Source: Halothiobacillaceae bacterium UBA5861 (lineage in GTDB: Bacteria > Pseudomonadota > Gammaproteobacteria > UBA5861). Taken from it: a stretch of 64,000 nucleotides of DNA. The position numbers and the translations under genes are program-made. This document shows positions 9,856 to 18,444 of this stretch, piece after piece (the first letter of the stretch is position 1; each line of letters starts with the position of its first letter). The notes below the pieces were generated by a model, which searched no databases, had not been told where the DNA came from, and was given only the letters and a program-made list of their open reading frames with translations. The stretch is taken from positions 112 through 64,111 of the forward strand of contig DJFX01000012.1 in assembly GCA_002432635.1 (NCBI GenBank), read 5' to 3'.

Positions 9856-10623
9856 ATGGAGATCAATCACCGCTACCGGCCGGGAAACACGAACGCACTC
9901 ATTCTTTTTATCCACGGTCTGGGGTGCGATCACCACGCTTTTGACGAAGCCTGGGAAAGTGAAGCATTACAAGGCTACGCCTTACTTGCACCCGATCTGC
10001 CAGGATGTGGCAACAGCCCGCTTCCGAGCGATCAAACACCCACAATGCCTTTTTATGCGGAGGCGCTTGATCAATTACTCTCGGGTTACACCTTTGAGCA
10101 TCTGCATATCGTCGCACACAGTATGGGCAGCGCCCCGGGGCTCTTATTGACCCAAAAGCCACCACTGAAACTGGCTTCCTTCGTTAATATCGAAGGCAAC
10201 CTGGTGCCTGAAGATGCCGGGATGCTCAGCCGACGCACCGCAGAAACGGATTTGGAAACCTTCCAAACAAAAAACTATTTAAAACTCATTGCCAGCGCAG
10301 CACGTTCGGAGGATCCAGGCACCCGCTATTGGGCCGAACAGCTCAAACGCTGCCCGGCAGAGGTTTATCATGCAAAGAGCTGCTCACTGGTCGAGTGGTC
10401 AGACAGTGGCCAACTGCTTAAGATTTTTTCCGCGCTCACTGTACCCAAACTGTACGTGTATGGTGATCGAAGCGTGAACTCAGACGTGCTCAAACAACTG
10501 GATGCCATCCCCCAGCACAAAATCCGCGAATGTGGGCATTTTGTGATGAATGAGCAGCCAAAAGCCTTTTATTCGTTGCTTGCTGACTTTCTAAAAAGTA
10601 CAACCACGGTACAAAACACATGA
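9856..10623 (+). CDS. Alpha/beta hydrolase
   Basis: FIHGLG, DLPGCG, AHSMG nucleophile elbow and C-terminal GHF. Confidence 0.88.
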   Translation: MEINHRYRPGNTNALILFIHGLGCDHHAFDEAWESEALQGYALLAPDLPGCGNSPLPSDQTPTMPFYAEALDQLLSGYTFEHLHIVAHSMGSAPGLLLTQKPPLKLASFVNIEGNLVPEDAGMLSRRTAETDLETFQTKNYLKLIASAARSEDPGTRYWAEQLKRCPAEVYHAKSCSLVEWSDSGQLLKIFSALTVPKLYVYGDRSVNSDVLKQLDAIPQHKIRECGHFVMNEQPKAFYSLLADFLKSTTTVQNT

Positions 10624-12134
10624 CAAACGAAAACCTCTACCATCTGCTCGAAACCCGCTTCCCCACGGGCACCCAAGCTCTGGCATTGACAAGCCCTGAG
10701 AGGCGGTATTCCTACCAAGACATGCAAGTCATCGTGAACCGCTACTGCCAATACATTGCAACAATTGGCCTTCGCCCTGGCGACCGCCTTGCCGTACAAA
10801 CGGATAAATCACCCGAAGCTGTTTTTTTATACCTTGCCTGTTTAAAGGCCGCCGTTATCTACATTCCGCTGAATATTGCTTATACGGCGACCGAAATGGC
10901 TTACTTTATTGAGAATGCTCGCCCATCCTGTCTGGTATGCAGCCCAGACAATCAGACGGCCCTCACACCCATTGCGGAAAAATTAGGGGTCAAAACGATT
11001 GAGACCATGGATGCGCAGGGCCAAGGCAGCTGGGCAACACAAGCCAGCAAAATGACAGAGGCCTGCGACACTCAGCCCGTTCATGGTGATGACATCGCCG
11101 TTATCCTTTACACGTCCGGCACAACTGGCCGCTCCAAAGGAGCTATGCTCAGCCACGAAAACCTGAAACATAACGCGCAGACGCTGCACACACTTTGGGG
11201 GTGGAAACCCGGTGACGTACTGTTGCACGCACTCCCTATCAATCATGCTCATGGCTTGTTTGTCGCCCTTCACTGCTCACTGCTAAACGGCTCGAACATG
11301 CTGTTTCTACCGCGATTTGACCCCACAACCGTCATCAAGCTGTTGCCTGAAGCGACTGTAATGATGGGCGTACCCACCTTTTACACGCGTCTGCTGGCTC
11401 AGGATGGCTTCAACAAAGCGGTTTGCCGCAATATGCGGCTGTTCATCAGTGGTTCAGCGCCCTTGCTCGAATCCACCTTTGAAGCCTTTGAAGAGCGCAC
11501 CGGGCATCGCATTCTTGAACGTTACGGGATGACAGAAGCCGGCATGATCACCTCTAACCCGCTGGAAGGAGAACGGGTTGCCGGCAGTGTCGGCTTCCCC
11601 TTACCCGGTACCGAGGTCCGCGTGGTGAATGATAGCGGCGTTGCGCTCCCTGACGGGGAGAAAGGCATGTTGCAAATCCGGGGGAAGCATGTTTTCAAAG
11701 GTTACTGGCAAATGCCGGAAAAAACCCGTGAAGAATTCACCGAAGATGGTTTCTTTATGACCGGAGACATCGCCACCTGTATTGACAGCCGGATCACCAT
11801 CGTCGGCAGGGGGAAAGATTTAATCATCAGTGGCGGTTACAACGTTTACCCCAAAGAGGTAGAACAGGTTATTGATGCCATTGAGAATGTGCTGGAGTCT
11901 GCGGTGATTGGGCTGCCAGACCCCGACTTTGGGGAGTCAACCACCGCTATTGTTGTGCCAAGTGACCCCTCAGCCCCCCCTACTGATACGGTGATCATTC
12001 AGGCAACCAAAGCGGCTCTGGCGAACTACAAGGTCCCCAAACAGGTATTCTTTCTGGACGCATTGCCACGAAACAGCATGGGAAAAGTACAAAAAAATAA
12101 ACTGCGGGAACAGTTTACATCCGGTCACAGCTAG
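10620..12134 (+). CDS. matB: Malonyl-CoA synthetase-like AMP-forming acyl-CoA ligase
   Basis: YTSGTTGRSKGAMLSH, HALPINHAHGLFVA, MMGVPTFYTRLL, ILERYGMTE and PRNSMGKVQK motifs typical of MatB. Confidence 0.85.
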   Translation: MTNENLYHLLETRFPTGTQALALTSPERRYSYQDMQVIVNRYCQYIATIGLRPGDRLAVQTDKSPEAVFLYLACLKAAVIYIPLNIAYTATEMAYFIENARPSCLVCSPDNQTALTPIAEKLGVKTIETMDAQGQGSWATQASKMTEACDTQPVHGDDIAVILYTSGTTGRSKGAMLSHENLKHNAQTLHTLWGWKPGDVLLHALPINHAHGLFVALHCSLLNGSNMLFLPRFDPTTVIKLLPEATVMMGVPTFYTRLLAQDGFNKAVCRNMRLFISGSAPLLESTFEAFEERTGHRILERYGMTEAGMITSNPLEGERVAGSVGFPLPGTEVRVVNDSGVALPDGEKGMLQIRGKHVFKGYWQMPEKTREEFTEDGFFMTGDIATCIDSRITIVGRGKDLIISGGYNVYPKEVEQVIDAIENVLESAVIGLPDPDFGESTTAIVVPSDPSAPPTDTVIIQATKAALANYKVPKQVFFLDALPRNSMGKVQKNKLREQFTSGHS

Positions 12135-12140
12135 TATCTC

Positions 12141-13199
12141 TCAAGATGAGCCCCGGGCATGGCTTTGCATGCCCGGCTCTGCACTTTCTCCCATCCGTTC
12201 GCCCGAGACAGACCGGAGATTATTCAAAAACTGACGTGTGGCCGCTTCCCAGGAATAGCACTGGGCGGCAGCCAGTGTTTTCTTCCTGTCCACCTTCAGT
12301 GCTCGCATTGCGGCTGCGTACAAGTCTTCATCAAGCGCCCCATTTTCACCTTCGCGTACAACATCCACAGGGCCAGTCACGGGGTAGGCCGCGACAGGAA
12401 CACCACAGGCCATAGCCTCTAACATCACCAATCCAAAAGTATCTGTCCGGCTGGGGAAAACAAAAACATCTGCCGCCGCTAAATGCCGAACCAGTTCTTG
12501 CCCTTTCTTTACCCCAACAAAAATTGCGTTTGGAAACTGTTTTTCCAGGCGCAGCCTGTCCGGCCCATCCCCCACAACATAGAGAGTACCTGGTAGCGGC
12601 AAGGATAAAAAAGCTTCAATATTCTTTTCAACCGCCACCCGGCCAAGATACATGAAAACCGGTTTATCTCCGGGCAATTCGGTGTTGTCCTGCGGACGAA
12701 ACAGGCTGACATCAACGCCTCTGGACCACTTGACCAAATTTGAGAATCTACGATCTTTTAATACTTGCATCTGAGAGTCAGTGCTGACCATGGTGCACAC
12801 GGCCCGCCGGTGAAACCAACGTAAAAAAGCATAACTGATGCCCAGTGGAACCGGTAGACGTAAACGCAGATATTCCGGGAATTGCGTATGGTACGAGCTA
12901 CTGAAACACAGCCCGTTTTTCATACAAAATCGCCGAGCTGAAAGACCAAGCGGACCCTCTGTCGCAATATGGATAGTGTCTGGCTGGAAGTCCTTAATCA
13001 TTTTCGCAAGACGCCGCCCCGGGAAAAGAGCCAGAGGAATGGCGTGATAGCCCGGCATGGGTAAGCTCGGGAATTGATCGGGGCCAATGACGTTGACTTG
13101 GTGCCCCCACATCTGGAGGTAGTGCCGAGTTTGTTCCAGTGTACGCACGACGCCGTTCACTTGTGGCCGCCAGGCATCAGAAATAATCAGAACCTTCAC
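12141..13199 (-). CDS. GT4 glycosyltransferase, Agt-like (putative diacylglycerol glycosyltransferase)
   Basis: DAWRPQVNGVVRT, HIATEGPLG, GRVAVEKN and FPSRTDTFGLVMLEAMACG motifs; directly downstream of the PlcP-like gene. Confidence 0.85.
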   Translation of the reverse strand: MKVLIISDAWRPQVNGVVRTLEQTRHYLQMWGHQVNVIGPDQFPSLPMPGYHAIPLALFPGRRLAKMIKDFQPDTIHIATEGPLGLSARRFCMKNGLCFSSSYHTQFPEYLRLRLPVPLGISYAFLRWFHRRAVCTMVSTDSQMQVLKDRRFSNLVKWSRGVDVSLFRPQDNTELPGDKPVFMYLGRVAVEKNIEAFLSLPLPGTLYVVGDGPDRLRLEKQFPNAIFVGVKKGQELVRHLAAADVFVFPSRTDTFGLVMLEAMACGVPVAAYPVTGPVDVVREGENGALDEDLYAAAMRALKVDRKKTLAAAQCYSWEAATRQFLNNLRSVSGERMGESAEPGMQSHARGSS

Positions 13200-13217
13200 T
13201 GTATGTCAGCCAAGCTG

Positions 13218-14039
13218 TCAGGCATTACTGGCGATAGCCGATTCTTCGTTGTGCGTGTGCAGTGTGTTGCACTGGTCCGACCAATGAATCACCTCAAGCT
13301 TACCGTCAAAGTTTTCGGTTAAGGCGGTGCAACTTTCGACCCAGTCACCATCATTGCAGTACAAAACGCCATCCATGATTTTAATTTCCGGGTGATGGAT
13401 ATGCCCGCAAACCACACCGTCTACTTTTGCTTTACGCGCTTCATTGACGACCGCTTCTTCATAATTGCTGATCACAGCCACGGCATTTTTAACTTTGTGT
13501 TTGATATACGCCGAAATCGACCAGTAGGGATAGCCCAGTTTGCGGCGGACATAATTGAAGTAGCGATTGAATTTTAATAGCAGCTCATAAGCAACATCAC
13601 CGACATGTGCGACAAAGCGGCTGTAACAGACAATACTGTCAAATTCATCCCCATGTAAAATCAACAGGCGTTTGCCTGTCGCAGTTGTAAAAATATCGCG
13701 CCTTTTGATTTCGATGTTGCCAAACTCTGTGCCCACGTGATCGCGAATGGGCTCATCGTGGTTACCTGGGATGTAAATGACTTTGGTTCCGTGCTTGGCT
13801 TTGCCCAAGATGGTTCGAATGACATCGTTATGGCTCTGCGGCCAATAGAAACCCCGCTTCATCGCCCAGAGATCAATAATATCGCCCACCAGGTAAAGAT
13901 AGTCGCATTGTGTATTACGAAGAAAGTCGAGGAGATAATCGGCATTGCACCCTCGACTTCCGAGATGAAGATCCGAAATCCAGAGCGTCCGGTACTTGAG
14001 CGGTGTCATCATATGTATGTTTTCGCTTTGTCTTTCCAT
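13218..14039 (-). CDS. plcP: PlcP-like metallophosphoesterase (phospholipase C; often annotated UDP-2,3-diacylglucosamine hydrolase)
   Basis: SDLHLG, GDIID, GNHD (not the GNRD of LpxH), HGD, CGHIH and NDGDWVES motifs; paired with GT4 and preceded by Pho-like boxes. Confidence 0.78.
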   Translation of the reverse strand: MERQSENIHMMTPLKYRTLWISDLHLGSRGCNADYLLDFLRNTQCDYLYLVGDIIDLWAMKRGFYWPQSHNDVIRTILGKAKHGTKVIYIPGNHDEPIRDHVGTEFGNIEIKRRDIFTTATGKRLLILHGDEFDSIVCYSRFVAHVGDVAYELLLKFNRYFNYVRRKLGYPYWSISAYIKHKVKNAVAVISNYEEAVVNEARKAKVDGVVCGHIHHPEIKIMDGVLYCNDGDWVESCTALTENFDGKLEVIHWSDQCNTLHTHNEESAIASNA

Positions 14040-14061
14040 TAGGTAAGATTAGCGAGCAAAC

Positions 14062-14101
14062 ATGACAGTACAGCTAAAGCTGAATGAACCTTTTATGACA
14101 T
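14062..14101 (-). promoter_or_regulatory. Pho-box array upstream of plcP
   Basis: Minus strand reads ATGTCAT-AAAA-GGTTCAT-TCAG-CTTTAGC-TGTA-CTGTCAT: heptamers at 11-bp phase, one a perfect CTGTCAT. Confidence 0.7.
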
Positions 14102-14124
14102 GGCAGGCCGAATCTGAGGCCCGT

Positions 14125-15003
14125 TTATTGCGTCAACCGCTGAATAACGTCCTGATATTTTTGCCGTGTTTTTTCAATGACCTCAGCAGGTAGTGAGGGG
14201 CCCGGCGGCTTTTTATCCCACGAGAGAGATTCCAGGTAATCGCGCACAAACTGCTTATCAAAACTTGGCGGGGCCTCTCCTGGCACCCAGGCATCGGCAG
14301 GCCAAAATCGTGAAGAGTCCGGTGTGAGCACCTCGTCCATGAGCCGCAATTGACCCTTTTCATCCGTACCGAATTCAAATTTCGTGTCTGCGATCAGAAT
14401 ACCGCGTGGGCGCGCATAATCCACGGCAAACCGGTATAAAGCCAGGCTTACCTGCTTAACTTGCTCCGCCAATGCACGGCCTAGCAAGTCCACTGTTTTC
14501 TGAAAGTCGATGTTCTCGTCATGGTCGCCAATTGCAGCCTTGCTGGACGGAGTGTACAAAGGTTCTGGCAGCGGATCAGCCAACCGCAAACCGGCGGGTA
14601 AATCAATCCCGCAAACCACGCCACTGGCTTGATAATCCTTCCACCCGGAGCCGGCAATAAAGCCACGTACAATAGCCTCCACCGGCAGAGGAGTTAAACG
14701 CTTGACGAGCATGCTTCGGCCTTTCGCCCAAGCGTATTCATCCGGATCAGGCAAAACCTCTTCCAGTGTTAGGTTCGCAAGATGGTTCGGAATAATATGT
14801 TGCGTTTTTTTAAACCAGAACAATGAAATTTCCGTCAGCAAGCGGCCTTTATCCTTAATCGCTGTGGGCAGAATCACATCAAACGCCGAGACCCGGTCCG
14901 TGGCAACCATCAAAAAGTGGTTTTCATCCACAGCGTAGAGGCAACGGACTTTGCCCTCTCTCACTAACGGTAACGATTTTATTTTTTGCGCATCAGAAGA
15001 CAT
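14125..15003 (-). CDS. purC: Phosphoribosylaminoimidazole-succinocarboxamide (SAICAR) synthase
   Basis: GKVR, TDRVSAFD, IADTKFEFG, DEVLTPDSSRFW and SFDKQFVRDYL motifs. Confidence 0.97.
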   Translation of the reverse strand: MSSDAQKIKSLPLVREGKVRCLYAVDENHFLMVATDRVSAFDVILPTAIKDKGRLLTEISLFWFKKTQHIIPNHLANLTLEEVLPDPDEYAWAKGRSMLVKRLTPLPVEAIVRGFIAGSGWKDYQASGVVCGIDLPAGLRLADPLPEPLYTPSSKAAIGDHDENIDFQKTVDLLGRALAEQVKQVSLALYRFAVDYARPRGILIADTKFEFGTDEKGQLRLMDEVLTPDSSRFWPADAWVPGEAPPSFDKQFVRDYLESLSWDKKPPGPSLPAEVIEKTRQKYQDVIQRLTQ

Positions 15004-15116
15004 AATTCAAGCCTTAACAACTCATTCAAACGGTTATTCTATCGGTTCACATCACAGGTTCCGAGGCCCACTAGCACTTGGTGAGCCTGGAGCGTAGCTT
15101 TCGGGTGAGCCTTTTG

Positions 15117-15653
15117 TTAAGAAAATTTTTTAGCGTGTGCTCGTAACTTCTTGATAGCCCAATCGTAGTGGCTGGACAAACTGGATACACAATAGCTCCC
15201 GAGCGTAGTAGAGCCTGTCCAGTCAAAATACATTTTAGTGAAAAGCTCTTGATTAGAGAACCTTTCCGTTAATTCCATTACAGATCTATGGCTCGCTTTA
15301 AACATTGTCTTGGCATCGGCAAGTTTAGTTTTTTGGTGCTTTTTCCAAAGTTCATTATTCATTTCACCGTATGTTTTCCATGTATATGGCTCAGGTAGAA
15401 AGTTTGATCTATTTCCTGCCAAGTTAGATCTTATCCAATTCAAAAGCAGCTGATGCCATTCGTAGAGGTGAACCAAGACATCCCTAAGATTTTTGTCTCG
15501 CTTCCAGTGAGCTTCTCTCTTGTTCGAATCGTTTGAAAAGTCAAACTCGGCGGTTAATGACTCTTCTGACATCGAGTCAATCACCTGCCACAGCTGGGCA
15601 AATTTCATATTTGCGGCTTCTACCATTTCGTCTTTAGTCGCAGGTCTTCCCAT
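15117..15653 (-). CDS. ClbS/DfsB (DUF1706) four-helix bundle protein, DinB superfamily
   Basis: MGRPATK.E, RDKNLRDVLVHLYEWHQLLLNW, P.PYTWK and SSHYDWA.KK motifs; visibly AT-richer than the flanks. Confidence 0.85.
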   Translation of the reverse strand: MGRPATKDEMVEAANMKFAQLWQVIDSMSEESLTAEFDFSNDSNKREAHWKRDKNLRDVLVHLYEWHQLLLNWIRSNLAGNRSNFLPEPYTWKTYGEMNNELWKKHQKTKLADAKTMFKASHRSVMELTERFSNQELFTKMYFDWTGSTTLGSYCVSSLSSHYDWAIKKLRAHAKKFS

Positions 15654-15808
15654 TTCTTTCCCTCTTTAATATCAGCACACATTTGCGTATCCGACAGGCC
15701 TATAATTTTGGTAGACTCTAAAAACTTAAGTTTTACTCTAGAGTCACCTTTCACGTACTCTAAGGCTTTATACCCACTAAATAATTACAATTGCTATGGA
15801 GAAATGAT

Positions 15809-16252
15809 ATGGCTGTGATTAACCCACCAGGGATTCCCATTGAACGCGGGAAAATTCATGAGTTTGCCAACTCAATTGAATGCGATGAACCTCTTTACCA
15901 TGATGAAATTGCGGCAAAAGAAGCGGGCTTACCTTCCGTTGTCATGCCACCAACATACTCTACGGTAGAAAATTTTTTCCCCGCAGCGGGACAAAAAAAC
16001 AAAGTAGAACTGCTTGGACTAGACCTGCGCTTTGTCTTACATGGCGCACAAGAATGGACCATTGAACGTCCGATCTTTGCAGGTGAACACCTGACAATTG
16101 AACACGAAGAGCCCGTTGGCTACACCAAAAAAGGCAAACGTGGTGGCGAAATGCAGTTTTATGACATGGGCATTAACTACAAAGATAAAGATGGCAATGT
16201 TGTCATGCATGTCAAAAGCACTGTGATTCAAACAGGAGGTGTCGTCAAATGA
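15809..16252 (+). CDS. MaoC-dehydratase N-terminal (FAS1-like/HadA-like) hotdog subunit
   Basis: IERGKIHEFA, PPTY and VLHGAQE motifs; GGAG RBS before ATG 15809. Confidence 0.82.
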   Translation: MAVINPPGIPIERGKIHEFANSIECDEPLYHDEIAAKEAGLPSVVMPPTYSTVENFFPAAGQKNKVELLGLDLRFVLHGAQEWTIERPIFAGEHLTIEHEEPVGYTKKGKRGGEMQFYDMGINYKDKDGNVVMHVKSTVIQTGGVVK

Positions 16253-16665
16253 GCAAAGTAGCGATTAGTTCTGTTAAAGAAGGCGACGAATACAGCTTCA
16301 CCGTAAACGACTTTAACCGCACACAGTTTGTGAAATACGCAGGTGGTGGTGGTGACTTCAACCCCATCCATCACGACCAGACCTTTGCGGAGAAAGCAGG
16401 CCTGGAAACGGTCTTCGGCATGGGGCTACTGACCGCCGGTATTTTAAGCCGCGTGCCCGTGGAATGGTTTGGGCCGACCACAGTCCACAAGTACAACGTA
16501 CAGTTCCGCGAACGTCTCTGGCCGGGTGATAATGTTGAATTCAAAGGCGTTGTCGCCAAAACGTATGAAAAAGATGGTGTTGCCTATGCTGACTTGACGC
16601 TGTCTGCCACGAATCAGGATGGCAAACCGCTTATCCTCAGCACGGCAACTGTTCGCGATCAATAG
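16249..16665 (+). CDS. MaoC/PaaZ (R)-specific enoyl-CoA hydratase subunit
   Basis: Hydratase-2 motif YAGGGGDFNPIHHD...A..AGL...GM; ATGA overlap with the upstream gene. Confidence 0.88.
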   Translation: MSKVAISSVKEGDEYSFTVNDFNRTQFVKYAGGGGDFNPIHHDQTFAEKAGLETVFGMGLLTAGILSRVPVEWFGPTTVHKYNVQFRERLWPGDNVEFKGVVAKTYEKDGVAYADLTLSATNQDGKPLILSTATVRDQ

Positions 16666-16673
16666 CTGCCGAC

Positions 16674-16704
16674 CAGCGGGGTGTGAGCCACATCCACCCC
16701 GCTG
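16674..16704. terminator. Hairpin between convergent genes, probable terminator
   Basis: CAGCGGGGTG-N11-CACCCCGCTG, a 10-bp GC-rich stem. Confidence 0.6.
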
Positions 16705-16716
16705 ACTTTGTCTCAG

Positions 16717-17364
16717 TCAGTCAATCCAATCGCCGCTGACTGGCTGAATTCCCGAATCCATCAGTCTTTTTAAATCCTCTGGCCGATCCAAGTCCCACGT
16801 TTCAGACAATTCATCCCAGCGCCACCTTAAAACCTGTAACCGGCTTCTTGTTTGCGCCATAACACGTTGTGTTCCCCACGCGATCTTCCAGAAAAGATAA
16901 GGGTGCACTTGCCTTAAGCCAATCAGGGTATAGCCGCCGTCCATTGCCGGGACAAACACGGCAGGCACGCGGTCCAACGACTGAATCGCAGACTGAAATG
17001 TTGCTTTGCTTAAGGCCGGGCAATCCGATCCAACAAGGATCACTTTACGATGAACGTTCAGCCCCTGTTGGAAAGCAAAATGCATACGCCCCCCCAAGTC
17101 AAAACCCTTCTGGCGATAAAAAGCAGCCTGATAGCGTTGTGCCAAGCATACAAAAAACGGCTCCCGGCGTTCGCCTTCTCCCCATATTTCCACATGTGCA
17201 TGGGATACCTCGCTGGCTGTCTTTAATGTTTTTTCCAGTAATTGGGTATGCAATCTGGCCGCCTGCGTGGGCGAAATAGCTTCAAATAAACGGGTTTTTA
17301 CCCGCCCCGCCTCGGGCTTTTTCCCAAAAACAATGATTTTTGCGCCTTTTAATCGGCAGTTCAT
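16717..17364 (-). CDS. TIGR04282/DUF2064 family transferase (rSAM/selenodomain-associated transferase 1)
   Basis: KKPEAGRVKTRL, QKGFDLGGRM, VGSDCP, PAMDGGYTLIG and DLDRPEDL motifs. Confidence 0.88.
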   Translation of the reverse strand: MNCRLKGAKIIVFGKKPEAGRVKTRLFEAISPTQAARLHTQLLEKTLKTASEVSHAHVEIWGEGERREPFFVCLAQRYQAAFYRQKGFDLGGRMHFAFQQGLNVHRKVILVGSDCPALSKATFQSAIQSLDRVPAVFVPAMDGGYTLIGLRQVHPYLFWKIAWGTQRVMAQTRSRLQVLRWRWDELSETWDLDRPEDLKRLMDSGIQPVSGDWID

Positions 17365-18044
17365 CGGGTATTCCGGTAGCGTTGAGCTAACTGATGCGGG
17401 TCAGCGCCGAGATAGAACGCCAAGCGGAGACGCCACATCAGCCAGACGGTCTTGAAGATACCGTTCTGCTCCCAACGTCGGCTGGATGTCACCAAACGTT
17501 GTGATAAACACACGGGACGAGAGTGTGCCTTGGCCTGCTTTGAAAATTGAATGTCTTCCATCAGAGGCATGAGCGGAAACCCACCGATTTGCTCAAAAAA
17601 TGTCCGCATAACAAAGATGCCCTGATCTCCCGTCGCAATGCCACTCAGACGAGAGCGAAAATTTATCATGGTTTCAATGACCCTCAGCGGGCTATGGCTC
17701 CCAGATAAGCGGACATCAAAACGTCCCCAAGGTCGCCCTGTTTTTGTGACGGCCCCTTCGATTACGGCAGCACAATCTATAGGTGCTAGTGTATCGGCAT
17801 GTAAAAAACACAAAATATCGCCCTGGCTGGCGGTTGCGCCCCTGTTCATTTGCACAGATCGGCCCGCCGCTGACTGGATAATATGGTCAACGTACTCTCG
17901 GGCTAACGGAATTGTTTGATCCTGGCTGCCCCCATCGACGAGTACAATTTCATGCCCGTTTGCCCGCTCAGCTTGCAAGCAGTCCAGGGTTTTCTGAATC
18001 ACGGTCTCTTCATTCAAGGTGGGGATGATGAAACTCACCGTCAT
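17361..18044 (-). CDS. TIGR04283 family GT2 glycosyltransferase (rSAM/selenodomain-associated transferase 2)
   Basis: IIPTLNEE, VDGGSQD, GRSVQMNRGA, FLHADT, ATGDQ, PLMED and TSSRRW motifs. Confidence 0.9.
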   Translation of the reverse strand: MTVSFIIPTLNEETVIQKTLDCLQAERANGHEIVLVDGGSQDQTIPLAREYVDHIIQSAAGRSVQMNRGATASQGDILCFLHADTLAPIDCAAVIEGAVTKTGRPWGRFDVRLSGSHSPLRVIETMINFRSRLSGIATGDQGIFVMRTFFEQIGGFPLMPLMEDIQFSKQAKAHSRPVCLSQRLVTSSRRWEQNGIFKTVWLMWRLRLAFYLGADPHQLAQRYRNTR

Positions 18045-18050
18045 GATGAT

Positions 18051-18431
18051 TCACTCATCTGCTGCGCTTATACCAAGACGATTGCCTTCTGAGTCTCTGA
18101 TAATGGCATAGTGACCCGCACCTCCCGGTATGGCCACAGCAGCAGCCAACACTTCGCCACCATATTCGTTAACTCGCTCCAGCAGGGGCGCCAATGCCAA
18201 CCCTGGATTGAGGAAAATCAATGGCCCCCGTTCAGATGGTATGTAGCCTTCCGCACAGATAATCGCACCCTGAGCTTGTGGCCGACCAAAGGTTAATAAG
18301 CCCACGAAATGCGAATCAATTTGTTGTGTGGGTATCGTGCATTCAAACACACGGCTGTAAAAATATTTGGCACGGGAGAATATTTCCACGGGAATTTCAA
18401 ACCAGGCTACGCCCGTCGTGTTTATTTGCAT
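18051..18431 (-). CDS. VOC/glyoxalase family protein
   Basis: WFEIPV...RA..FY..VF N-terminus and DSEGNRLGI C-terminus. Confidence 0.85.
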   Translation of the reverse strand: MQINTTGVAWFEIPVEIFSRAKYFYSRVFECTIPTQQIDSHFVGLLTFGRPQAQGAIICAEGYIPSERGPLIFLNPGLALAPLLERVNEYGGEVLAAAVAIPGGAGHYAIIRDSEGNRLGISAADE

Positions 18432-18444
18432 TCTTTCCTGCCTG

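Noticed and set aside
18051..18431. VOC gene as the ArsI C-As lyase
   Set aside because: It lacks the vicinal Cys-Cys pair of ArsI and matches the generic WFEIPV-type VOC subfamily.
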